NCBI GenBank assembly: GCA_018221135.1
Contig: JAAOYB010000017.1
Coordinates: 1 to 51,296, forward strand
DNA from: Candidatus Woesearchaeota archaeon
GTDB lineage: Archaea; Nanobdellota; Nanobdellia; Woesearchaeales; BM511
Reading direction: 5' to 3'
Length of the DNA stretch: 51,296 nucleotides
Numbering within the stretch: the first letter of the stretch is position 1; every line of letters starts with the position of its first letter. The translations under genes were made by a program, and so were the position numbers. The notes below the pieces were generated by a model, which was not told the DNA's origin, did not search any database, and saw only the letters and a list, made by a program, of their open reading frames with translations. Positions 19,087 to 27,933 of the stretch are shown here, in pieces.

Positions 19087-19308
19087 ATGCAAAAAAGTGA
19101 ATGCAAGCAATGCGGGAGCACAAACACACATGGCATAAGCAGAGTAGTTGGTTACTATAGTATAATTGAGAACTGGAACACTTCTAAACAAGCTGAATTC
19201 AAAGATAGACAAATAGGAGATTATAAGCTTAACGAGTCTGAATTAATCCCTGAGCGAGCTGAGAGATTACAAGCAAAAGGCGAACAAGAAGTAATCGTAG
19301 TAATATAA
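19087..19308 (+). CDS. Stand-alone C-terminal glycyl-radical domain of anaerobic ribonucleotide reductase NrdD (73 aa)
   Basis: CKQCGS...ISRVVGYY...NWNTSKQAEFKDR; Shine-Dalgarno AGGAGG at 19072-19077 before ATG 19087. Confidence 0.85.
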   Translation: MQKSECKQCGSTNTHGISRVVGYYSIIENWNTSKQAEFKDRQIGDYKLNESELIPERAERLQAKGEQEVIVVI

Positions 19309-19363
19309 CCAAATTCTTTTTTTGGATTAATTTTATATAATAACTAGAACCTTCTATTATTTT

Positions 19364-20107
19364 ATGGCTAGAGTTTTTTGGAATGATGTAAAAAGAGTCA
19401 TCGCTGAGAGCGATGTAATCATTGAAGTTCTTGATAGTCGCTTCGTTGATCTAAGTAGGAACTCTGAAATCGAAAAAAAGATTGAGGCTGCTGGCAAACC
19501 AATAATTTTTGTTATTAACAAATGCGACTTAGTAGAAAAAGACGTACTTGACAGAAAGAAAAAAAAGTTGAAGCACTCAGTATTTGTTAGTTCTAAAGGC
19601 CACCTCGGCACTACTATTCTTAGAGACAAAATATTAAGTGTTGCTAAAAAAGATAAAGTAGTCGTCGGAGTCGTTGGTTACCCCAACACAGGAAAGAGCA
19701 GCTTGATTAATGCGCTGGCCGGAAAGGCTAAGGCTAAGGCTAGTAGTGTTAGTGGCTACACCAAAGGGTTCCAATACGTAAAAGCTGATAATCGTATAAA
19801 ACTCATTGACTCGCCAGGCGTTATTCCTTTTCGAGAAGATGACGAAATAAAACACGCATTGATAGGTTCTAAGAGCCCAGAGAAGATGAAAGAACCTGAC
19901 TTAGCAGCCATGAATCTAATCGAAGAACTCGGAGGATTAGTCGAACTTCATTATGACGTCGAGATACAACGCGACGGTTACGAAGCAATTGAAGCAATCG
20001 CCAAAAAAATAGGAAGACTCGCTAAAGGCGGCGAAGCAGACATTGACACTACAAGCAGAATAATTCTAAAAGACTGGCAAACAGGACGGATAAAACACTC
20101 AAAATGA
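19364..20107 (+). CDS. Circularly permuted ribosome biogenesis GTPase (RbgA/YlqF family)
   Basis: G4 NKCD precedes G1 GYPNTGKSS, G2 GYT and G3 DSPG; C-terminal LKDWQTG. Confidence 0.93.
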   Translation: MARVFWNDVKRVIAESDVIIEVLDSRFVDLSRNSEIEKKIEAAGKPIIFVINKCDLVEKDVLDRKKKKLKHSVFVSSKGHLGTTILRDKILSVAKKDKVVVGVVGYPNTGKSSLINALAGKAKAKASSVSGYTKGFQYVKADNRIKLIDSPGVIPFREDDEIKHALIGSKSPEKMKEPDLAAMNLIEELGGLVELHYDVEIQRDGYEAIEAIAKKIGRLAKGGEADIDTTSRIILKDWQTGRIKHSK

Positions 20108-20116
20108 AGAAATTGT

Positions 20117-20129
20117 ATGCGTCGACCGG
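20117..20129 (-). repeat. 13-bp direct repeat of the tRNA-Gly 3' end
   Basis: ATGCGTCGACCGG at 20117-20129 and 20182-20194. Confidence 0.8.
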
Positions 20130-20182
20130 ATAAAGAAAACACAAAAGAAAGTGTTTTCGAACCCGTTCTTACATTCTTTGAA

Positions 20183-20253
20183 TGCGTCGACCGGGAATTG
20201 AACCCGGGCCTAAGCGTTGGCAACGCCCAATTGTACCATTCAACCACCGACGC
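20183..20253 (-). tRNA. tRNA-Gly(GCC), no intron, CCA not encoded
   Basis: Cloverleaf: acceptor GCGTCGG/TCGACGC, anticodon arm GGGCG-TTGCCAA-CGCTT, T arm CCGGG-TTCAATT-CCCGG. Confidence 0.96.
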
Positions 20254-20365
20254 AATAATTGATTTAGTAGTGGAGAATTGAGGTTTTATTTATAAAATTA
20301 ACCCAAAAAAACACTTTTTTAGTATAACAATAATTTTTTAAACAAAAAAGGTTTTCTAATATATT

Positions 20366-21292
20366 ATGAGTAAAGAAAAGTATGACTTAATAATTATAGG
20401 AGCAGGCGCAGCTGCTTACTCAGCCGCGATATATGCTCAAAGAGCGAAGCTAAGCGTGTTAATAATCGGAAAACTAATCGGTGGGACCACGACAGAAGCC
20501 CATCTAATCGAGAACTGGCCAGGAACAAAGAGTAAACCAGGACTAGAATTAATGAATGAATTCAAAGCTCACACAGAAAGTTACGGCGCAAAAATATTAA
20601 TGGATGAAGTAGTCAGGATAAACAAAAAAGACGACGACTTCTTAGTACACACCAAGAGCAAAGAAGAATACCAATCAAGCTATATACTACTAGCAATAGG
20701 ACTGGATCGAAGAAAACTAGGAATACCAGGAGAAAAAGAATTACTAGGTCGAGGCGTGAGTTACTGTGCGACATGCGACGCTTTCTTTTTCAAAGACAAA
20801 ACAGTCGCCGTGGTTGGCGGAAGCGACGCCGCGACAATGACAGCAATACTATTATCAGAGCACGCCAAAAAAGTCTATATAGTATACAGACGTGATAAGT
20901 TAAGAGGTGAGCCTGTCTGGATAGAAAGAGTACAAGAAAATCCAAAGATAGAATTAATTTTGAACACGACGCTAACAAAGATAAACGGAGAAAAAGCAGT
21001 TGAGAGCGTCTCATTAGATAAAGGAGAAAACTTAGCAGTTGAAGGAGTATTCATCGAAGTTGGAAGCGTCCCAAGCAAAGTCTTAATTAACGCTTTAGGA
21101 GTAGAAGTTGATAAAGAAGATTACATAGTAGTAGATGAGACCCAAAAGACTAATGTAGACGGTGTCTACGCAGCAGGAGACATCACAAACGCTAGTAACA
21201 AATTAAAACAAGTGGTGACCTCAGCATCAGAAGGAGCAATCGCTGCAAATAACATCTTCAAAAAAAACGCTGTGAGAGTAGCCAAAAAATAG
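20366..21292 (+). CDS. trxB: Thioredoxin reductase
   Basis: IIGAGAAAYSAA, GRGVSYCATCD, VVGGSDAA, GVYAAGD. Confidence 0.95.
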   Translation: MSKEKYDLIIIGAGAAAYSAAIYAQRAKLSVLIIGKLIGGTTTEAHLIENWPGTKSKPGLELMNEFKAHTESYGAKILMDEVVRINKKDDDFLVHTKSKEEYQSSYILLAIGLDRRKLGIPGEKELLGRGVSYCATCDAFFFKDKTVAVVGGSDAATMTAILLSEHAKKVYIVYRRDKLRGEPVWIERVQENPKIELILNTTLTKINGEKAVESVSLDKGENLAVEGVFIEVGSVPSKVLINALGVEVDKEDYIVVDETQKTNVDGVYAAGDITNASNKLKQVVTSASEGAIAANNIFKKNAVRVAKK

Positions 21293-21296
21293 TTCT

Positions 21297-21647
21297 TTAC
21301 CATTTTTCTAGTTCTGCCAAAACTTTTTTTTGCCACGCCTCAAAATTTTCGTAAATCAATTTCTTGATATTATTCTTGTCGCTTATCTCGTAAACAAATA
21401 AGTATCCTCCACTACCTATGTTTATTTGACGTCTACTAATAATTTTTTTGTCTAGTAAGTTCTTTATGCTTTTCTGAGTGGTTGAGCGATCACGTTTTAG
21501 CTTCTTTGCGATTTGGCTTATCTCCAACTCCTTATTATTTGATAAAAGAGTTTTGAATACTTGATAATCGGTTTTGCTCATCGCAAACGCGCAGCGTATC
21601 ACTTGTTCTATAGGAACTTGTTTACATGCAAAGTTAATCATCTCCAT
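21297..21647 (-). CDS. Winged-HTH transcriptional regulator (TrmB/MarR-like) with N-terminal cysteines
   Basis: IAKKLKRDRSTTQKSIKNL helix-turn-helix, GGYLFVY wing, C8 and C19. Confidence 0.85.
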   Translation of the reverse strand: MEMINFACKQVPIEQVIRCAFAMSKTDYQVFKTLLSNNKELEISQIAKKLKRDRSTTQKSIKNLLDKKIISRRQINIGSGGYLFVYEISDKNNIKKLIYENFEAWQKKVLAELEKW

Positions 21648-21690
21648 GTTTGACTAGAAAAAGTTTTTGTTATTTAAATAATTTGTTGGT

Positions 21691-21709
21691 TGTGCAAAAA
21701 AACCGCACA
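21691..21709. promoter_or_regulatory. Palindromic operator TGTGC-N9-GCACA between divergent TATA boxes
   Basis: Lies between TTTAAATA (~21672-21680, regulator) and TTTATAAA (21731-21738, trxA). Confidence 0.5.
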
Positions 21710-21780
21710 TTTTTTCACTTTAACAAACGCTTTATAAATAAATAACTCTTAACCAAAAACTAATCTCAAAAAAAATAGTT

Positions 21781-22116
21781 ATGGAGGAAAATAATATGGT
21801 TGTTGAATTAAGCATTGAGAATTTTGATAAAGAAATAAAAGAATCAAGCGTGCCAGTAGTAGTTGATTTCTGGGCTCCTTGGTGTGGTCCTTGCCAGATG
21901 ATGGCACCTGTTTTTGAGGAGTTATCAAAAGAGTTCAACGGAAAAGTTAAGCTTGTGAAATTAAACACTGATGAGAACCAGCAAATAGCTGGGGGCTTTC
22001 AGATTAGAGGAATCCCTACTCTCATAATATTAAAGGATGGTAAAGAAGTTGATAGAATAGTTGGCTTTGCTCCAAAAGAAGTCTTAAAACAAAAAATTGA
22101 GAGCACAATAGCATAA
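21781..22116 (+). CDS. trxA: Thioredoxin
   Basis: [17 protein letters not shown]. Confidence 0.97.
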   Translation: MEENNMVVELSIENFDKEIKESSVPVVVDFWAPWCGPCQMMAPVFEELSKEFNGKVKLVKLNTDENQQIAGGFQIRGIPTLIILKDGKEVDRIVGFAPKEVLKQKIESTIA

Positions 22117-22118
22117 AA

Positions 22119-22484
22119 ATGAGTGTTAAGATAAGTGTTTTTACGTCTCCGACGTGCCCTCACTGCCCCGCTGCTATAAACGTAGCTAGGACTGTCTCTA
22201 AGGAGATGGGTGTCAGATTAGTTGAGATAAGCACCGCTACAAATGAAGGCAGTAAAAAAGCAAGAGCTCATCAGATTATGAGTGTGCCTACAACTATCAT
22301 TAAGGGTGATGGCTATGATCAAAACATTGGTTTTAAGGGTGCGCCTAGTAAAGCAAGCTTGATTAAAGCTGTGCGTATCGCTAATGGTGAAGAAGGATTC
22401 CAAGAAAAAAAGAAGAGTTTTGGTTTGGGTCAAAAAATTAATTCTTTTATTAAAGATAAGTTCAAGATAAAAATAAGATTATAA
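22119..22484 (+). CDS. Thioredoxin/glutaredoxin-like protein
   Basis: FTSPTCPHCP, IMSVPT cis-Pro loop, GAP. Confidence 0.9.
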   Translation: MSVKISVFTSPTCPHCPAAINVARTVSKEMGVRLVEISTATNEGSKKARAHQIMSVPTTIIKGDGYDQNIGFKGAPSKASLIKAVRIANGEEGFQEKKKSFGLGQKINSFIKDKFKIKIRL

Positions 22485-22606
22485 GAATTCTTTTTTTATT
22501 TTTAAAAAAAACAATAAGTTTTTATAAGGGCGTACTCACTTATTATTGTTAGAGGTGGCGCTGTAGAAAAACTATTTAATAGTTTTTTTTTGTGGGTGAG
22601 TGTTTT

Positions 22607-22912
22607 TTGAACCGGTTGGCGCGAATAATAAACGAATTGTCTTTTGAAGATCTTAGATTAATCAAAAAAGATTTAGAAGAAGGTAACATAGAAAGATTAA
22701 TAAATAAAAAGATTACTCATTTTCGAAAAGGTGATGAGGGTGGGGTTTGCCCGATTTGTCACGCGGTTGTCGACGAAGAGAACGATTTGGTTTTTGAGTT
22801 TGGTCATGGTATCAGGAAAAAGGCTGTGTTTGACGCGATTGACTGCTTAGAGTATTTTTTGTACAAGTTAAAAAGCCAAAAACAAAACAGTAAAAAAGAA
22901 GAATTAGAGTAA
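22607..22912 (+). CDS. Hypothetical protein with TRASH/YHS-like Cys motif
   Basis: CPICH...FDAIDCLEYF; GGTGAG ribosome-binding site before TTG 22607 (ORF open from 22592). Confidence 0.65.
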   Translation: MNRLARIINELSFEDLRLIKKDLEEGNIERLINKKITHFRKGDEGGVCPICHAVVDEENDLVFEFGHGIRKKAVFDAIDCLEYFLYKLKSQKQNSKKEELE

Positions 22913-22923
22913 GAAGAACAAAA

Positions 22924-23217
22924 ATGGTTTTGAGCGAACTCTCCCGGATTTTTGAGAAAAGAAAGATGGAGTTATACCAACTCTTAAATGATCGAAACGA
23001 GGAGTTGAAACCAGAGACTCAACACCAAATGTATGGTGCTATGAACGAAATCGACATCTTCTTAGAAACAATTCAGCATTACAGACATAAAGAAGTCGAC
23101 GACGAAATCAAAAAGCTCAGGTTGGTCGGCCCTATTATTAAGGAAAGAAAAATAACTAAGTTCTTCAACAACATAAATGATAGCTTATCTAATATAAGAT
23201 TCAAAAAACAAAACTAG
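22924..23217 (+). CDS. Hypothetical protein
   Basis: 97-aa helical ORF, tightly packed in an operon. Confidence 0.7.
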   Translation: MVLSELSRIFEKRKMELYQLLNDRNEELKPETQHQMYGAMNEIDIFLETIQHYRHKEVDDEIKKLRLVGPIIKERKITKFFNNINDSLSNIRFKKQN

Positions 23218-23231
23218 AGGTATAAAATAAA

Positions 23232-23471
23232 ATGGCTGGGATTAGACGAATAGAAAAAGAAATGGAAAATACTGCTATAAAAGCTAATCATTTACTCACT
23301 GTAGCAATGCATAAAGTTCCTAAGTTCATATCTGATAGAGACGTCTTAAACAACTTAGAAGGTGCTTCAAAGGAATTAGATAAATTATTAAAATTGATTT
23401 TAACTGAAGAACGTTACTCAAAACATATTCAAGGCTTAGCTGAACACATTAAAAGATTTACAGAAAAATAA
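23232..23471 (+). CDS. Hypothetical protein
   Basis: 79-aa helical ORF with GAGGT ribosome-binding site. Confidence 0.65.
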   Translation: MAGIRRIEKEMENTAIKANHLLTVAMHKVPKFISDRDVLNNLEGASKELDKLLKLILTEERYSKHIQGLAEHIKRFTEK

Positions 23472-23562
23472 ATGTTTTTCCCTTCTTCTTTTTTTAGTTA
23501 ATTATTTAAAGCTTAGAACTCATTTTTTTGTATTATTATAAGAAGTGGGTGGCTAAGCAGTT

Positions 23563-26304
23563 ATGGATTATTACAAGTTAGAATCAGATGACGTTCTAAA
23601 AGCGCTAGGTAGTTCAATAGAAGGCCTAAGCGAAGAAGAAGCAAAGAAATTACTAATAGAACACGGTCTTAACGAGATAAGAAAAACAAAAGATTACTCG
23701 GTAATGAAAAGTATTCTTTCTCAATTCACAGACTTAATGGTAATAATTTTAATAATTGCTTCCTTGATTAGTTTCTTCTTAGGAGAATCAGCAGACGCGC
23801 TTGTAATACTAGGGATAGTGCTCTTAAACGCGCTCATCGGCTTCTTTCAAGAGTTCAAAGCAGAGAAAAGCATCGAAGCACTCCAAAAACTAGTAAGCCA
23901 AACCGCTATCGTGATTCGCGACGGAGCACAAAAAGAGATTCCAAGCACGCAAATAGTGCCCGGAGACGTAATAGTATTAGAAGAAGGAAGCAAAGTCCCA
24001 GCAGATGCCAGGCTACTAGAAGAATACATCTTAAAAACTGATGAGTCAAGCCTCACTGGCGAGAGCATACCACAAAAAAAAGTAGTGGAATCAATAAGTT
24101 GCGACAAAGTAGTATGCGACCAAAAAAACATGGTTTTCTTAGGGACAAGCGTAGCGCACGGCCGAGGCATCGCAGTCGTTGTAAGCACTGGTCACGAAAC
24201 TGAGTTTGGCAAGATAGCGAATCTAACAACACAAACAAAAACAGAGACGAGCCCCTTACAAAAAGAACTACTCCAAGTTGGAAAATTCATAGCTAAAGCA
24301 ACATTCGTATTAGTATTCTTAGTGTTCATCGCAGGCTTGCTAAGTGGAGGAACACTCCTAGACATGTTCTTATTTAGTATTAGCATGGCAGTAGCCGCGG
24401 TACCAGAAGGACTCCCAGCCACTGTTACGATAGCCTTAGCATTGGGTGTTAGTAGAATGGCTAAGAAAAACGCTATTATACGTCGCTTATCTAGTGTTGA
24501 GACTCTTGGTTGTACTAATATTATCTGCACAGACAAAACTGGGACATTAACAAAGAATGAGATGACAGTGACACAGATATACGCTAATAACATCACTATT
24601 GACATCTCAGGCGTTGGGTACGATCCTAAAGGAAGCCTAAGCGTTGATGGCAGAAGATTAAAACATGAAGACTTAGATGAGTACGAGATGCTTTTTAACA
24701 TCGCTGCGCTAGTAAATAATAGTGAGTTAATCAAACCGTCTAAAAAAAAGAGTGCGTGGGACATACTAGGCGACCCCACTGAGGGAGCGTTATTAGTTGC
24801 TGCTAAGAAAATTGGGATTGATCATAAAGCCTTACTAAAAGAGTATCCAAAAATCGATGAGATTCCTTTTGATAGTGATAGAAAACGCATGATAACTGTG
24901 CACGAACACGAAAAGCACAACCACGCGTATATGAAGGGTGCTTTCTCAGAAGTCATAAAGCTCTGCGACAGAATCTCAATTAATGGTGTTGTTCATAAAT
25001 TAACAACTCAAAAAATTGAGGAATTAGAGAAAAAAAACGAGGAGATGGCTGAGAAAGGCCTTAGAGTCCTTGCTTTTAGCATAAAAAAAGTAGAGAAGAA
25101 ATACGACGTTGAAAGCATTGAGAAAAACATGACTTTCGTCGGATTAATAGGAATGATAGATCCTCCTAGACACGGAGTTAAAGAAGCCGTGGCCATGGCG
25201 AAGAAAGCAGGGATAAGAGTAATCGTGATAACAGGGGATTTTGGAGTCACAGCCAAAGCAGTCGCTAAACAAGTCGGGATAATAAGCGAAGATGCTAGGA
25301 TAATAACCGGGGACGAACTAAGTAGTATGAGCGATGAGAAACTCAAAAAAGTGTTGGACACAGAAGTCTTGTTTGCTAGGGTGAGCCCATCACACAAGCT
25401 TAGAATCGTTAAGATTCTTGAATCAAAAGACTTAGTAGTTGCCGTGACAGGGGATGGGGTTAACGACGCACCAGCGCTTAAAAAAGCGAGTATTGGCATC
25501 AGCATGGGTCTTAGCGGCACCGATGTCAGTAAAGAAGCGTCTAACATGGTATTAGCAGATGATAGTTTTGTAAGCATCATAAGCGCTATAAAAGAAGGCA
25601 GAACGATTTATGATAACCTAAAAAAGTTCATAACTTATATTCTCTCAAGTAATATTGGTGAGTTAGTAACTGTGCTCTTAGCTTTAATAATAGGGTTTCC
25701 CTTGCCTTTATTAGCGTTGCAGATATTGTTGATTGATTTAGGAACTGATGTGCTGCCTAGTCTAGCTTTGGGTGTTGAGCCATCAGAACAAGGCGTGATG
25801 AATAGGAAGCCTAGGGATAGAAAGCAAAAAATCATGAACAAAGACCTTCTTAGTCGCCTCTTAATGATTGGTGGAGTGCTTGGTGTTGGAAGCTTATTCT
25901 TATTTTACAACACCATTACTAGTTTTGGTCTTAGCCCATTTGACAAATCTATAGTTGGAAGCGCGGCGTACGTTAAGGCTACTACAATGGTTTTTGTAAG
26001 TCTTATATTGTTTCAGATGGTTAACGTCTTTAATTGTAGAAGCGAGAAGAAAAGCGCGTATAGCGTCCCGTTTTTTAGCAATCCCTTCCTATTATTTAGT
26101 GTTTTTAGCTCTGTAGTTATTAGCGTGTTATACGTTTACCTCCCATTTTTTAATACGTTCTTGCACACCTCGCCTATTGGCTTTGTTGATTGGGCGTACA
26201 TATTAGTGATTGCTTTTAGTATTAACTTAGCTGATGAAGCAAGAAAATTTTTTATAAGAAGAAAAGAAGGTTTAGTAGTTGAAAATGTTAGAGTTACTCA
26301 GTGA
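23563..26304 (+). CDS. Type IIA (Ca2+-type) cation-transporting P-type ATPase
   Basis: TGES, PEGL, DKTGTLT, KGA, DPPR, GDGVNDAPAL, SSNIGE. Confidence 0.96.
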   Translation: MDYYKLESDDVLKALGSSIEGLSEEEAKKLLIEHGLNEIRKTKDYSVMKSILSQFTDLMVIILIIASLISFFLGESADALVILGIVLLNALIGFFQEFKAEKSIEALQKLVSQTAIVIRDGAQKEIPSTQIVPGDVIVLEEGSKVPADARLLEEYILKTDESSLTGESIPQKKVVESISCDKVVCDQKNMVFLGTSVAHGRGIAVVVSTGHETEFGKIANLTTQTKTETSPLQKELLQVGKFIAKATFVLVFLVFIAGLLSGGTLLDMFLFSISMAVAAVPEGLPATVTIALALGVSRMAKKNAIIRRLSSVETLGCTNIICTDKTGTLTKNEMTVTQIYANNITIDISGVGYDPKGSLSVDGRRLKHEDLDEYEMLFNIAALVNNSELIKPSKKKSAWDILGDPTEGALLVAAKKIGIDHKALLKEYPKIDEIPFDSDRKRMITVHEHEKHNHAYMKGAFSEVIKLCDRISINGVVHKLTTQKIEELEKKNEEMAEKGLRVLAFSIKKVEKKYDVESIEKNMTFVGLIGMIDPPRHGVKEAVAMAKKAGIRVIVITGDFGVTAKAVAKQVGIISEDARIITGDELSSMSDEKLKKVLDTEVLFARVSPSHKLRIVKILESKDLVVAVTGDGVNDAPALKKASIGISMGLSGTDVSKEASNMVLADDSFVSIISAIKEGRTIYDNLKKFITYILSSNIGELVTVLLALIIGFPLPLLALQILLIDLGTDVLPSLALGVEPSEQGVMNRKPRDRKQKIMNKDLLSRLLMIGGVLGVGSLFLFYNTITSFGLSPFDKSIVGSAAYVKATTMVFVSLILFQMVNVFNCRSEKKSAYSVPFFSNPFLLFSVFSSVVISVLYVYLPFFNTFLHTSPIGFVDWAYILVIAFSINLADEARKFFIRRKEGLVVENVRVTQ

Positions 26305-26971
26305 AGTAGTAAGTGGTTTTCTCACTATCTTTGTTAGTCCTAGTAATGACTGGAGCGTTTTCTGGTTACTCGCACCAATATTTTTGTTCTGGGTAGTCTT
26401 AGAATTCTATTTTGACAAGCACAAAAAAGAGGAGTTGGGTTGGAACACCGCTCTTGGTAATGGGCTTAGCTTGTTCTGGGTCGCGATTAGCTGCGTCAAG
26501 TACATCTTTACTTTAGAATTTACTATGCAGACGTTTTGGAGGACGTTTTGGATATTCACTATTTTTAGTTACGCGTTATTTATTATTAGTATGAGTTTCT
26601 CTCATCAAATAAAAGACAAGCAATTATACTTATTAGCGAGCCCCACACCGATTTATTACCTAAGCGCGGTGTTAGTCTTGTTGTCGTATGGTGTTTTGGA
26701 ATTCACATGGATTATTCTTTTTGACCTAGCCTTCCTTTATGGAGCAATCATTGGGTTAGAGGTTTTGATTAAGAAAATAATCCCTGAGCCGGGAGCTAAA
26801 CGAGTCGTTCAAGTAATAAAAAAAGACGCGACTCCTAGTCCTAACGCTTACGAAATAAAAAATGGGCGACCTATGCCTATCAACGTAGACCAGCAAGAAA
26901 ACGTGGCTCTTGATGATTCATTAGATGAAAAAAATGAAGAGTCTGATTTTGAGTTCGAAAACTTCAAATAA
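26285..26971 (+). CDS. Hypothetical multi-pass membrane protein
   Basis: About 5 hydrophobic segments, LGWNTALGNG motif, acidic tail; overlaps the ATPase stop. Confidence 0.8.
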   Translation: MLELLSEVVSGFLTIFVSPSNDWSVFWLLAPIFLFWVVLEFYFDKHKKEELGWNTALGNGLSLFWVAISCVKYIFTLEFTMQTFWRTFWIFTIFSYALFIISMSFSHQIKDKQLYLLASPTPIYYLSAVLVLLSYGVLEFTWIILFDLAFLYGAIIGLEVLIKKIIPEPGAKRVVQVIKKDATPSPNAYEIKNGRPMPINVDQQENVALDDSLDEKNEESDFEFENFK

Positions 26972-27004
26972 AAAAAAAAGAAAATAAGAAAAAAAGAAAA
27001 GAGT

Positions 27005-27760
27005 TTATTCTGTTTCTTCTTCTTTAGGAGTTTCTTCTCCTTCTGCTTCTTCAGGTTTTTTCTCTTCTTCTTTTGGCAAGGATTCTTCAATGATTTGGCC
27101 TGGGAGCTCTGCTTCCTGCATTGCTTCTTTTATATCTTTGATATCTTTTCCTTGCATTGCTGAGACGATTTCTTTTGCTTTTGCTTCGTACTCACTTCTT
27201 TTCGCTTCTAACTCCTCAGCTAACCTTTTTTGTTCTTCTTCGATTTCTTTTAGTTCTTCTGCTGTGAGTTCTGTCTTACCACTAGCGAATTTTTTGTCGT
27301 AGACGCCTTTGTTTACGTCTTCTAAGAATTCTTGTGCGATTTTACCTTCGATGTAGACCCCCATTGATTGGCATGTCCCGATGATTTCTTTACTCTTCTC
27401 CTTTAGGGTTTTGCCTAAGAGTCCGTCTTCTTTTGTCTTTGCAACTTTCATTACTTGCTCGATTTTGAGATCTGCTACTTTGTCAGTTGCTGGGTTACTA
27501 GCAGCTTTTTTAATCCCTGCCGCTTGTTTTATTAATGCGCTAGCAGGAGGGGTACCTACACTAATACTTACTTGTTTTGTGTCTGTGTCTACTGTTACCT
27601 TGACTGGTACTTGCATTCCAGAAAGAGCGCTTGTTTTCTCATTGATATCGCTTACGACTTGTGCGATGTTAATTTTTAGTGGTCCCAAAGCGGGTCCTAG
27701 TGGCGGTGCTGCTGTTGCTTTGCCGCCTTCGATTACTACGTCAATTGATTCTTTAGCCAT
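27005..27760 (-). CDS. rpl11: 50S ribosomal protein uL11 with long acidic C-terminal extension
   Basis: GGKATAAPPLGPALG, GTPPAS, IIGTCQSMGV; start at MAKES. Confidence 0.96.
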   Translation of the reverse strand: MAKESIDVVIEGGKATAAPPLGPALGPLKINIAQVVSDINEKTSALSGMQVPVKVTVDTDTKQVSISVGTPPASALIKQAAGIKKAASNPATDKVADLKIEQVMKVAKTKEDGLLGKTLKEKSKEIIGTCQSMGVYIEGKIAQEFLEDVNKGVYDKKFASGKTELTAEELKEIEEEQKRLAEELEAKRSEYEAKAKEIVSAMQGKDIKDIKEAMQEAELPGQIIEESLPKEEEKKPEEAEGEETPKEEETE

Positions 27761-27933
27761 TTTATATTTCTCCCACGACAACCACAAACTCTATTTGGTT
27801 TCTTGGTGCGTGTTGGATGCCTATTCACACAACAAATATGTTTTCAGCTACCGGTTATATGCGTAGAAACAATGATTTCTTTATAAAAGTGACGGTTCAG
27901 TACCATAATCTTTAAAAATTAGTCATTTTTCCT

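Noticed and set aside
18850-19212. ORFs 18850-19050(+), 18932-19129(-) and 18991-19212(-)
   Set aside because: They overlap the promoter, operators and mini-NrdD gene, and have no recognisable protein features
19978-20247. 89-aa minus-strand ORF
   Set aside because: Reads through the tRNA-Gly gene and antisense to the GTPase
22551-22566. GAGG(T/G)GGC-like words in short leaders (also near 31634-31644 and 36327-36335 on the minus strand)
   Set aside because: Too short and too similar to Shine-Dalgarno sequences to support a shared regulatory motif
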